From the NCBI GenBank assembly GCA_028023455.1, contig JAQFVV010000002.1, forward strand, positions 33,108,001 to 33,172,000: a stretch of DNA of 64,000 nucleotides, given 5' to 3'. Under the pieces are notes generated by a model, which saw only the letters and a list, made by a program, of their open reading frames with translations, was not told the DNA's origin and did no database searches. The position numbers and the translations under genes were made by a program. Of this stretch, positions 11,215 through 23,459 are shown one piece after another (position 1 is the stretch's first letter; each line of letters opens with the position of its first letter). This DNA is from Epiperipatus broadwayi. Lineage: Eukaryota; Animalia; Onychophora.

Positions 11215-13088
11215 TGTAACGGAATAGCGTTACATGGTATTCAAACCCAGGCGTATGGGGGTATATTTAATTATAATCAATGGACGAAATAACTGACAGG
11301 GACAAAACTTTTATAAAAGCGGTCTTGCTTTAATAATAAGCGAAGAACAGCCGTTTCTAAAAGCCGATCACAGCTATATAAGAGTACCTGTCAGATTTAT
11401 TGAAAAAAAGAGTAAAAATTGTTGTTATTTTATTATTTTGTGTGTGTGTGCTAAGAATAAATCTATAATCCGTCGTTGTAGTTTTTTTTATTATTCATTT
11501 TTGATTAATTAAAGAAGAATGATTGAACGCAAGTTTAACTTTTATCAAATAATTTAAATTAATTAGCAATATGTTCTGAAATTCCAAGCAATCTCAGATT
11601 AATTTGTACAAACGTAATTAGTAAATGTAAAATTAGAAATTGAAACAATAGGCAGGATATGTGCTGGTACGCCGAGATAAAACAAGCCAAAATTAGAAAC
11701 AGAGGTTCCCTACACGTACTCTTCCGATCTCGACTCAGATTTCTGTCCCCAGAGAAACAATACCTAAGAAAAACGGTTAAATTCCAAACTAATGTCAACA
11801 ATCCCAGAAATCTCGGAGTTGAGCTGACACGCGATGGACTTATCAAATAAAGGGACTCACAGGTGCATGGGATTGATTGGAGGAGAAAAATTCAAGGTGT
11901 GAGGGCATGAAGGCAAAGATCAAAAGGCCGAACAGCGTTTTCAGAGGACAGTTGTCTCTTTTTAGAGAAATTATTAAGAGACTTGATTTTTATTAGACGT
12001 TATGAATCTAACTGCCATGCGTTGCTGAATATAGAATTGCGCTGACCGCCGGACCTCTCTCCAGTCCAGCTGATTGCCATCAAGATGCTCATACCACCGG
12101 AGAACCTCAAATTAGGACCACGCTCGCTTGGAGACCGCGCAAATCGCCGGAATACATCATTAAAGAATAATCTTCGCTCAGGATCCCATTACAGTCGTTC
12201 TACATTTCACAGGTAGCTATCGTAAAATTTGTTATATTCAATTGTGCACTTAAAGAAATAACTTTAATATCCAGAACTATTAGAAAGACATTAATCTAAA
12301 ACAGTATAATTAATATTAATCATTTATGAACAGTTCGAGAATTTTTACCTAATAAATTTGCCGACTGATCAACAGTCTGAAATAATATGTGCAAAGTAAT
12401 TTGAAGTTTACCGTTAATTGTCTCGGCTTGCCGATCACATACCTGCGTTAATCATTATTAAACAGATTAAATAAATATGTATGTAGCTCATTTTTTTGTT
12501 ATTTAATTGCTTGGAATTTCAACATAAATTTATATATATCGGAATGAATGCTTTAGCGTAAGTTTGTTTGTATGGAAATGAATGCAGTTGATATTTTGGG
12601 GGTGGGATTTTATTGATTTTATGCTGAATGCAGTTGATATTTTGGGGGTGGGATTTTATTGATTTTATGCTTATGTCGTGATGCTTTTTAGACTAAAGTT
12701 AAGTTGGATTAATTTGTTCTGTGGGATGTAGGGTGGGCCCTTCTATGATTATAATAACGGAGGTAGTGTGAAGGGTAATTGTGGCTGTGTTCGTTTCATG
12801 TTTCCGACTGGAGCGAGGCACGGGCATGTTTTGTGATGTAATTGAGTGGGCTTATGCACATACGTGGCGGACTCTTCTAAAAGTTCTCCTGGCGCCTATT
12901 ACTGGGATTCGATTCGAATCTATGTATAAAATAAATAAAGCATACGTGTATGGGTGTTAGAAATTATCGTCGCAGAACATCATGTAATCCCCGGACGGAA
13001 GAACACAGCGGGTGCCAACAAAAAAAGGAATCGTCAAGCAAGGATTGGAGTAGGTAGTGGTGTTGCCACGGTCCCGTGGGTGGTTACA
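11215..13088. mobile_element. 1874-bp CpG-rich LTR-type element inserted in (AT)n
   Basis: Termini TGTAAC...GTTACA, ATAT on both flanks, TATA-like 11375 and AATAAA ~11456; no intact ORF. Confidence 0.7.
12579..12670 (+). repeat. Perfect 46-bp tandem duplication
   Basis: TGAATGCAGTTGATATTTTGGGGGTGGGATTTTATTGATTTTATGC x2. Confidence 0.95.
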
Positions 13089-13879
13089 ATATATATATGC
13101 ATTATCAGGAATGTTTTGCTAACCACAATATTCATTCTTAAGAGTCGTTTTTATTATTCTAACTCACCAGGACAAAATAAATTGGATGATCAGAATATAA
13201 AATTGTAATGGATAAAAGTGTACTCTTATTATTATTATTTTTTATTACTGCTGTGTTATATATATTACTTACGTAATGTGTTGTTTAGAAATTTTGTTTA
13301 TAAAACCTATGCATTTTACTGTGGCATGAAAAAATATATATATTAAGTTCAGAAAAAAAAAATGTGTAAAATATATATCTGTTTTATGTATGTTTTTTTT
13401 TTTTAGTTAAGAGAAAACTGGAGAATATATATATATATCATTTATTTAGAGAGAGTGATAAAATAATATTTACTTTTCTCATAGTCTAAAACTAATTTTA
13501 AGGTATATTTTAAAAAAAAAGTAAATGTACAGACATTTTATCAAAAATATATATATATATTGGCATGACTGAATTATTTTCTTATATAAAACAAAATCTG
13601 ATATAAACGTTTTTCATTTTGTAATTTTATATAGAAATGAACTTGTCCACTTTGAATACAAATGCAGGTTTGGTCTTTATTGTTTAAATCCATTGTGCTC
13701 TCTTTAATAAAATATAGTTGTCATTCTAAAATGATTAACGACCATTGGACATAGGTATTTTGATTTGGCTGTTAATACATTAATGAGTTTACATTATAAA
13801 AATGGAATATGTAAATTTTCACTGTTATTGTTGATATTGTTTTTATCTTACTATAATTTGAGAATGACTAGTGACAGTT

Positions 13880-16636
13880 TTTAGTTAATGGGATGTTCCA
13901 ATTGAATGGCATCCAATATATTAATATTTATATGGAGCATAGGCTGATGGAGTGTCACCTATGGCTAATTTCATGAGAGAAAAGATGGATAGAATCTGAG
14001 CAGTAATTAATGCTCATTAGTATAAATAATCCTAAAAAGAAAGGATATCTATGGTTTGAATTCTAGTCTTTTCATGGTGAGGCAAGGCCCACACATGTAC
14101 GTATACCCATAGAGAGGTATAGAATCAGCCATATATTATTATACAACTGTCATGTTGTTTTATAAAGTCTCCCATCTTAGTGTTAAATTCCTCATGATAA
14201 TATAGAGATAGTTTTTCCATCGTGTAGGGTAAAGTATAATAGGTCCAGATCATATAGCAAGGATAAAATAATATTAAATTTGGGAATACTCATCTAGTAT
14301 AGTGTTTTCTTAATTGAAATAGTGTTTATGATGTTGTGGGATCATCATCAGTTGTTGACAGACCAGATCAGAATTTATTAATGATGATGGAAAAATTTAA
14401 ATGTAAAAATAAGAGATGCACACTGGCATAATGGATTCATTTTTATCAAATAATGATGTGACAATAAAATTGTAAGATCAGTTACGTATTCAAGGGTTGA
14501 GCTGTGTACATAGGTAATGCTTAATGAGATCTAGGTGTCTTTGACTTTTGAATGTTTAATCATATTCATTTAATGCACTAAACTTAGTCATTTCAAAGTT
14601 AAATAAGTTAATAATTGCACAGAGTGTGATAATTGCCCTTATCATATTCCGATAAAAGATAGGGCTTTGGGATAATGCAATACTTTATAATGTTGGAATT
14701 CTAAATTTAAACTTTGTGCATATCCTAGAGTTCTAAATATACTGCTATTATGTAATTTAAGTCCTAGTGTAGCTTAAATAGGTTTTATTATCTGATTCTT
14801 AAAAATCTGCCAAAGAGTAACAAATGATATTTTGAACATTATTTTCTATTTGGTTGTATCATTTGCTGATTATATGGTCAAGGGGATATTAAGTATTTGT
14901 CCCATCCATAAAGTATTTTAATAGATTAGTTTTATTTCATGCCATATCTGTGAATTAAAAATTTGTACATAGTGTAGATAAAGTTTGTTGTATTTAAAAA
15001 TTTATGTAGTTGCATGTAGTCTTATTGCTAATTACCACACATATATACTATTATTGTTATTGCTATCAACCTACCAGAAGATTATAATTGAAATAATCAT
15101 CATCCAATATAGTACTATTAACAATATTATGCTGTATCATAATAATTTGGTAAGTCTTGTGATTTATTGGTACATCTAATGCATTATCACACAATAATTA
15201 AAATGTCAATAACTTGTAGTACAGATTGTTTTAAGTAATATATTAAAATATAAACATAATATTGATTTAATTGATTTAGTTAAATCCACAGATCTTGATC
15301 ACATGGTTTATAATTATTTAAGAAAAGGAATTTGGTAAGTTATTGTTTTTTAATTATCAAAAAGTCATTTCCATTCATAAATTTTAAAGTTAATATTAGT
15401 TATAAAGTTTCTTTAGAACTGCTAAATATAATTCTTGATTTAAGTTATATTGAGAGCTGTTTTGTGCATTATGTTTGGGTAGTGGTAAAATCCCTCTTAC
15501 TGACCCAAATTTATTTTGTATAATGATTTTAGTGTTTGAACCCTGAGAAGAATTAGTTGTTAAATTTCAAGATAAAATATAAAGTTGTAATGAAATTTAT
15601 ATTTAGTCAATTGTTATAGTAAGATTTGAAATAGATTAATTTCACTGTTTTATGAAAGTCAACTAAGCTTTAAGATGCAAATTATTTTTTGGTATACAAT
15701 GTATAGTTTGTTTAACTTCATGATAATATTCTGGTTGTGTCAAGCTTGAAATCCCTATTTTTACCATTTAATACTATATTAGTTTATAGTTTAAGGTTTC
15801 AGTCTCCCTTATTAACATTGTTCTTCAATTTCATCTTGATCAATTATGTTATTTATTCATTCCCATTTGACATTAATTCATTGTCATAAGTGATTAATCA
15901 TACATTAACTTTTATTCTCTTATCATCTTCACTATTCATTAACTATTATTCTATCATCCTCTTAATCATTCATTACTCTCATACATATTCATTCTTTTCT
16001 CTTCACTCTTAGATTCCTTTCATTCCACTATTCCATTATTACTTCTTTCCATCATCCATTAGTCATCTACATCATAATTTATTTATTATTTCATCTATAA
16101 GTTTAATTTCATAATCATTCCAAACATATCATTATTAGTTATCTTGTTAATTTGCTGAATATCAAAGTTAACTCATCTCATTTTGTTTGTGTGGATTTCA
16201 AAGCTGGTTTGACCACAAGTTTTTATCTTTATTAGTTGCCTTGTGATCTTCTTTAGATTGACAGTTTCATGCTAGTTTTATTCAATCCAGGAATCATTTT
16301 GTTAGTTTTGCATTTTTGTTTCTTTATGCTTATATTCTGGATCGTGTGAATACGTTAGGTTCCATAAGAAAATTTAATCACTAAAATGTGCGGTATGTTT
16401 CATTGGTGGCCAGCTAGATCAGGAAGCTAGGTTACAGATGCGATTATAGTGCTTGCCAATGTGACATGACTGTTTAGCAGATGAAGGCTGGCTGTTGCTA
16501 GGTTACAGTTGTGATTATGCTGACCAAGGTGGATGGCATGATGATTGTCTGTAGTTATGGTACAGTAGTGACTATGGTGCCTAAAACATGTGATATGATT
16601 CATTTATAGTACAGCAGTCTTTGGGAGAAGGTTACA
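13880..16636 (-). mobile_element. Heavily decayed Gypsy-like LTR retrotransposon
   Basis: Integrase-like FILAI*SGPIILYPTRWKNYLYIIMRNLTLRWETL at ~14150-14290; purine-rich gag-like zone 15800-16300; terminus GTTACA|(AT)n at 16636. Confidence 0.5.
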
Positions 16637-16708
16637 ATATATATATATATATATATAAAATACATATTTTGCGGGTTCATCCGTGTTAAAAACTTTTAAT
16701 ATCAATAT

Positions 16709-16748
16709 ACTGACGTTTCGACTTGGTCACACAAGCCATCCACAGAGT
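16709..16748 (-). ncRNA. Minimal PLE-type hammerhead, core variant
   Basis: ACT CTGTGGA TGGCTTG TGTGAC CAAGTC GAAA CG TC AGT; A6->T. Confidence 0.7.
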
Positions 16749-16808
16749 TATAAATATATATATATATATACTGAACAATGATATATATATATATATATAT
16801 ATATATAC

Positions 16809-17030
16809 TGAACAATGATAAAGATATGTGTAAGGGATTGTTGTCTGAGGCAACAGATAAGTGCTGGTTCCACATGAAATGTGCATCTTGGAGACTATAC
16901 ATCTTTTTCACATGTCTTTGGTCAATTTCTTATGGTTACACCACTCACAAGGTGCTAAAAGCAGATAGAAACCAATACCTACCTTGCATGAGAGTGGTGT
17001 AGTGAAAATTACACTAAAAAAATATTGGTC
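16809..17030 (+). mobile_element. Family C HHR repeat (C2), degenerate core
   Basis: CAGATAA GTGCTG GTT CCACAT GAAA TGTGCA TC TTGG AGAC with the family C tail. Confidence 0.85.
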
Positions 17031-17729
17031 TTTTATATATTTGTTTTAAATATCTGAGTTATATAAACATTTAAGAGTGAACAATTAATTAAAGAATGAC
17101 AATAATACTTTTATTGATGCCTTTATTGGGTTTTACCTTTTAAAATAAGTATAACAGTTTAATATGCATGATAAAAATAATATTTATTGTAACGATTTGG
17201 GTTACATAGTACACAACAACATAGTTATGTTGTGACATATATATAAAATGTCCGTTAATTAAAACAAAATTGTAATATAATAAAAATAATAAATTTAACG
17301 GTAATAAATTATTATAAACAATCCTTAAATCCACAGAAATACTTTCAGTTAATTTCTTAAACCTGCCTCAACTGCCATTAAATTAAAAACCAAAGCAGAA
17401 GCAAACATCAATTCAAATCCCACGAATATTGTATTTTAATGTTAGCTGCTTGTCTATTTATTAAGTGCATTTTATTCCTATTTATAAAAATTGCCTCCTT
17501 AATTTTTCTTTTATTATGGTTTCTCTCTTCAAGAAGAATTTTCCAAATCAAATTTAAATTTAAATTTACATGTTCTTTCATGATCGATTAATTAGGAGTT
17601 ACTTGAAAAAAAAAAAAGAAAAACTTTGATGAAGTATTGTCAAAAGAGTAAATATTTTTTAAAGAAAAGTTTTACTTACCATAAAAATTAGATAATAGTA
17701 TAAATACTGAACCTTACCATTTTATGGTG

Positions 17730-18560
17730 TTCTTTTTCACCCAATGCACATCAATATACCGATTCACAGGCCGTCTGTTTGTTTGCATAATATTACAGTA
17801 AACGACCAAAGTTTTTTTTTATTCCACCCGGGTTTTTTTTTTTTCATTTTTTAATAAACAAATACTTTATTTTTAGATGGTCTAGGGGTGTTGGTTTGTT
17901 TTTAAATTATCGACTAACTGTCTGTCAGTTTCTTTACATAATATTGCTTATGATAAACCAAAGTTGTTTTTTTCACCCAATTTTTTTATTTGGTTCATTT
18001 TTTTAAGAAACAAACGTTTTGTTTTTAGATGATGTTAGGGGTATTGGTTTGCTTTGAAATTATTGATTAATGCTCTGTCAGTTTGTTTACACAAAAATAC
18101 AGTAACAAACACTTTGTTGTTTTTAGATGGTGGAGGAGGGTTGGTTGTTTGCTTTGAACTTATCTCCTTTTTTTTTGTTTGATGTTTTGATTTGCTGAAA
18201 GACTTCAACAGTTCGGTACTTTTGAATAAACAAACACTTGGTTTTTTAGAGGGTGGAGGGGAGAGGGGTTGTTTTAATTTTGAATTGTTGTCTTTTTTTT
18301 TTGTTAATTTATTACGAGACTTTTCTATTTTTTTGTTTCAAATCTTTATGCTACAGAAAGCTATATTATATGATAGCAAAAAGTTCTTTCTTAATTTTTA
18401 GGCCTTTAATTTTAAAAAAGACATAAACATTTTGTTTTTAAAGAATACTTTTTTTAAGCTGGGGGAGGTGGGTGGGGTGGCAGGGAAGGTTTGTTTTAAT
18501 TTTTAATTATCGACTTCTTTTTGGATTTTCTTTTTGAACATTTTATTATGTTACTGCACA
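17730..18560 (+). repeat. Degenerate tandem array, ~5 units of ~100-200 bp
   Basis: Recurring AAACAAA..TTTTAGATGG..GGGG..TTGGTTTG..TT(G/A)AA.TTAT at ~17853, 18008, 18104, 18227, 18425. Confidence 0.7.
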
Positions 18561-18862
18561 GTTCTTTATCATTATTTTATATATATATATATTTTGGGTG
18601 GGCCTTTTGAATAAACTCTTAAACAATTCTTTTTTTATTTTGGTATAATAAAATATTACCTATTTTAATTAACTGTTAATGAAACTTATCAAATATTACC
18701 TATCTACTTTCTAATTATGTGAACAACAACAAAAAACAATAGCTTCCCATAAAATAATTTATTGAATCAAAAATAAATGAAACTTTGGACAAGTTATGAA
18801 CCAAAACACGTAACAAAAAAAACACCATTTTGGGAGGCATAAAAAAAGCCAAAAGTAACACA

Positions 18863-18944
18863 CAAATAAAATAACAGGGAAGCCTCAAAGCTGTAAGAAA
18901 AGAAACACCCAAATAAAATAACAGGGAAGCCTCAAAGCTGTAAG
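18863..18944 (+). repeat. 35-bp direct repeat with period 47
   Basis: CAAATAAAATAACAGGGAAGCCTCAAAGCTGTAAG x2. Confidence 0.95.
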
Positions 18945-19009
18945 TAATGGGATTTTGGAGCCCTTGAACCAACTTCTCTTACAGTTCTCGCATGGATTCA
19001 CATGTAAAC

Positions 19010-19390
19010 GGGCATTAACACATGAAATCAGCAACAACTCTGCTGAAAAGAATAACCTTTTCAAGTTGTGTGCAGTTCAAAAGCATAGGGAAGCATGTAT
19101 GATGACAATTCTTAATAAGGAATACTAATTCCACTACACTTTCTAAAAAATTTCCAAAAATGAATTTTTGCAGTTTTGTCTCTTTCAAATACAGCCACCA
19201 TTAAATCAGACTGTGGCGAGAGTTCAAGAGTGCTCACTTGACAAATACTGTTGCAATGCAATGGGCATAGTATTTCATTATGTAATCGTAGAATACATCA
19301 TCCTCAGGTGACCTGTTACGGCTCAAAAACATCTATTGTAGTGTCAGCCATAAATTAAGGCCACTAAAATGGTATATTGATGTGCATTTT
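19010..19390 (-). pseudogene. Decayed ORF of unknown origin
   Basis: One frame reads protein-like over ~120 codons with 3 stops (MFLSRNRSPEDDVFYDYIMKYY...WWLYLKETKLQKFIFGNF...). Confidence 0.3.
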
Positions 19391-20259
19391 GTGAAAAATG
19401 ATGCCATCAAGTGGTGGGGTTCAGTATTTATACTATTACCAAAAAATAAAAGGCTTATTAATAGCTTTAATATCTATTTTGTTATATACACACACATCAT
19501 ACATGTGCATTTATGTATTATTAAAAATGAATTGAATTTTTTTTGTCTATGACAATTCAAACATGTTAATTTTTAATTTATTATACAGCATATTCAAGTG
19601 CTTTTATATATGTGCATTTTATTGTTTTTTGACATTGAATTAATTATGAATTGAGAAAATATATGATTTATTAGGTTTATTTTTTGCATAAATTTTAGTA
19701 TCCATGCCCACACATATATGTTAAATCAGTCATTAATTATGTATTATAAAAATAAATTTGCTTTATTATATGTCAATTCAAATATGTCCATTTTATATTA
19801 TGCATGCACATCTGTATATTGATATATAAGTGTTTTATATAAACCTGTTGGAACATATATATAAATTAAAATGTAATAATGGATTTCTTTTTGAATGAAT
19901 TAAAATCAAAAAGCATAATTTATATGTATAGCCATATTCAGTAGACCTTAATTTCATTTTAATTGTTATTAATAAATTGATTGTTCATTGCTATTCCAAT
20001 GAATTTATTTAATCCTAAAATTCAAAATATATGTTTGTATTATATTTTTTGTTCACAGTAAAACAGTTATAGAGCTTTTGTTTACCGAGCTGAATTTGAG
20101 CATAATGGCCTGTTATATAAAAGGGATTTATATTTAGTGTTTATGGATATACGGTTGATGATAATCCTGGTTGGCTCAAAGAGAATATTCCTTAAAGTCC
20201 ATGCAATACAGTTCATTTTAATTATTTATTTACAAATTAAATGTATAGTTGGCCAGTAC

Positions 20260-20510
20260 ATTAATGGTATTAAGTGGCCAGAGTATTGATGATGATCAGC
20301 ATGTTTTAGTATCTCAGCATTATTTTTTGGTTATTTTCTTATGGATTAGCACTTAAGTTTGTGATTTCAAATTGTTGTATTGCTGCTCTAGCTTTGGCAA
20401 GGGCTAAATAATTAGCCTGGTCTATAGTTGACCAATTTGAAATCCAGCCACAATATTGGCTGTTGATTTATTTTTATGGTTGATCATTCATGATGATGAT
20501 GATGATTACT
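20260..20510 (-). repeat. Unclassified dispersed repeat, inverted copy at ~55420-55690
   Basis: TATAGTTGGCCAGTACA..CCAGAG.ATTGATGATGATCAGC..ATGGAT.AGCACTTAAGTT is the reverse complement of the 55.5-kb block. Confidence 0.75.
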
Positions 20511-22639
20511 TGTGTAATGCTGGTGAACTTATAGTTATGTCTGTGTTGATCTCTCATGCTCCTGATATTCATTATCAATTTTTTATGTTCAATTTTGTAT
20601 TTTGATTGACTTGGGATTGATGATGGTGAGTGCACCATCGCTCCAGGCTTACCATTAAGATCCATACCATTACAATGTATACATTTTTTTTTAAAATGAT
20701 TATATATAATATGAGGAATAATGCCTTAAAAGCCCCCCAAAAAATTTAGTACTTTAATATTATTCCTGCTATGACTTACTATTCTGGTAATGTTTTCATC
20801 TGATAATATTTATTTGAAGTTTATATATATGATGTCATGGCAACCAAGAATCCTGACATGACTAATCCATGACCTTTTACTTTCCATTTTAGAAGACATT
20901 AAATGGTTCACTCCGCCATAGTAACTTCCCCTTCCCCACAATATAATACATCTCTCACATCATTTATAAGTAATACAGTTTTATATTTAAAAATACATTT
21001 ACTTCATATATTTGTAGGGGAGGTGGGGTTGCTAAAACTTTGTGTGTGTTTTTTTTAATTATTTAAAATATAATGTTAAACTTGCAGCAAATGATGTATT
21101 TATTGCATTATATGTAATTTTTTTATTATTTAAAAATACAGTGGTAAAAGTTATTATATTTGGGGGTGGGGGGATGATAAACTTTATATTCATTTATAGT
21201 TAAAAGTTGTTATATTTATTTGGTTTTTCAAAAAATATATATTTAAAATATAAGATTAAACTTACAATTTGCCATTTTTAGATAAAGGTACTACCTTATC
21301 TTACAGTTCGCCATTTTGTTTTTGTGTTTTTAGGTTAAAAAAATAACAGAAATCTAAAACTTTGTTACCACTCACCATTTAAAAAATATTTCATGGTTTT
21401 TTTATATATATTTCTCCCTTTTTCCATAACGAATGCATCTCTCCATCATCGGAAATTATGTTTGTTGTTTTTTTTAGATTTGAACTTTGCTATTACACGT
21501 GGAATATGATGACACAAAGTGCTGTACTATGCCGGGAGAAGGAAGGATGGCTTTGATGGCACAAAGTCTCATAATAAAAAGACACAACTCACAAATACCT
21601 GTTTTATTTAGTATTGTAATCTCTTTTTTTCATAATCAATATGTGTTTTCATTATTTTTTTTTAGATGTTAACTTTCATATTACACATACTATGACATAT
21701 TATTTATGATGATATATTATTCTAAGTTTGCAATATGTTTAAAATAATGCTTCCCCGGGTTCTGCAGACAAATTTGGTTGATTAAGTTTGTCTGCAAATT
21801 CCTTGGAAGCATTATTTTAAACATCACAAACTTAAGAATAATACACCATTGGAGTAATGCAATAATACCAAAGTACCAAATTTTTTTAGGGGGTCCCAAT
21901 TTTGGTTGTTATATATAATTTAAGCAAAAGTGTGGGAAATCCATAAATTACTGAATTCCACCGTTATCTTTTTATTTAGTAAACACTACAATAAGACTAA
22001 AAAAGATTTTGAAAATAAATGGATATATATAGAGTTAAATGTAAATGCCCCCCCCCCCGACCTTATAAAGCTTTTTGGTATTTATTCTATAACAAAACAA
22101 AAAGGTTTTACATATACAGAGAACTTGCTTCATTTTTATTGGAGTAGAAATATCACATGACTTGATCCTATTCTGCTGAAATTAATTAAACATAAGTTTC
22201 AAATAGATAATCATGCATAAATGCACATTCTGGAATCCATTATGTTAATATTCTGTGACTGTATTATTTTGATTAATTTAATTAACGATTACATTAACAT
22301 ATTTTGTTCCCTAAATTTAATTGTGATTTTTTTATTAATTATTTTTATTCGTTATGTTATAATTTTTATTCATTTGAAAAAAATAACCTAAGTTTTGTGC
22401 TAATACTAATATTATAATCAATTTATTTTGTTTTTATTCTTTGACTTATATGCCACATATGATAGTGCAAGGAGTAAATATGTCCTAAATCATATAAATA
22501 GACACACACTAATAAAAATATAATCATGAAAGTATATAAAAATATTAAAAGCCTAAAGCTAAACTAGACAAGAAAATAATCAAAATTACCCCAAATTCAA
22601 AACTCAATCAGACTAGTCAACGAAAATAAACTCTAAAAC

Positions 22640-23060
22640 ACAATCATTGGTTTCACTGCTACGGGCAGACTTCCCTAGTGTGAAGAACTAAAACATATCA
22701 ACAAACATATACTAAATCTCAATTACATTCCAAATACCCTTAATATTAAAACAACTCTTAAACAAGTTAATTGCTTCAGAATCATCAATTTTTGATAATA
22801 AAGATTCTTTAATTCTTTTTCTTTCATTTCTTTCAAAGAAGACAACCTTAGTCTCATTAATACTAATAGTTTGTGGTCTGTATCTCTTTCATGGATATAT
22901 AAAGTAGAACTGAGATATTTATTTCTAGCCCTACTTTTATATGCTTTTATTCTTTTATTTGAGCCCAAACTACTCTGACCTATATATAACTTCTTACCAA
23001 AACATGGAATATTATACACTGTTCCAGGAATAGACTTTCTGTCAAGAATTTCCTTTGTAT
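22640..23060 (-). mobile_element. Penelope-like element, GIY-YIG endonuclease 3' relic
   Basis: YNIPCFGKKLYIGQS..RIKAYK; degenerate HHR-like motif (CACA CTAGGGA AGTCTGC..GCAGT GAAA) just downstream. Confidence 0.8.
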
Positions 23061-23117
23061 TTAATATTTAAATACAAGTATATTGTCTATATTGAACTTA
23101 ATGTACATAGAAAGCTG

Positions 23118-23240
23118 ATCTCAGACTTTCAAGCTCCCTACAGCTATCCACTCCATCTTATACAACCAATACACATGACCACATGTGAAAAAAAAGATAT
23201 CCAATATAGGTTTTTCATGCTGAACTAGCACATTAAGGTC
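23118..23240 (-). mobile_element. Family B HHR repeat (B1), degenerate
   Basis: GTGCTAGTTCAGCAT GAAA ... TATTGG plus tail AGATGGAGTGGATAGCTGTAGGGAGCTTGAAAGTCTGAG. Confidence 0.75.
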
Positions 23241-23459
23241 TTATACATGAGGATCGGAGTGACTTAAAATCAACAAGCTTAATACAATAATATTGGCATC
23301 AGTAAGGGTTTTAAAGGTTCCATCATCAGATTTGCAATATGGATGGCTAGTTGGAAGGTGGAGAAGATTGAAGCTTGTCCATTAAAGTTTGAAGATTTGC
23401 TATTTTAATATAAATTGAGCACTGATTATATATATATTATACCAGATACTCAATCTATT

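Noticed and set aside
16686-17002. ORFs with IYIYIY runs
   Set aside because: Translation of (AT)n microsatellite and repeat sequence
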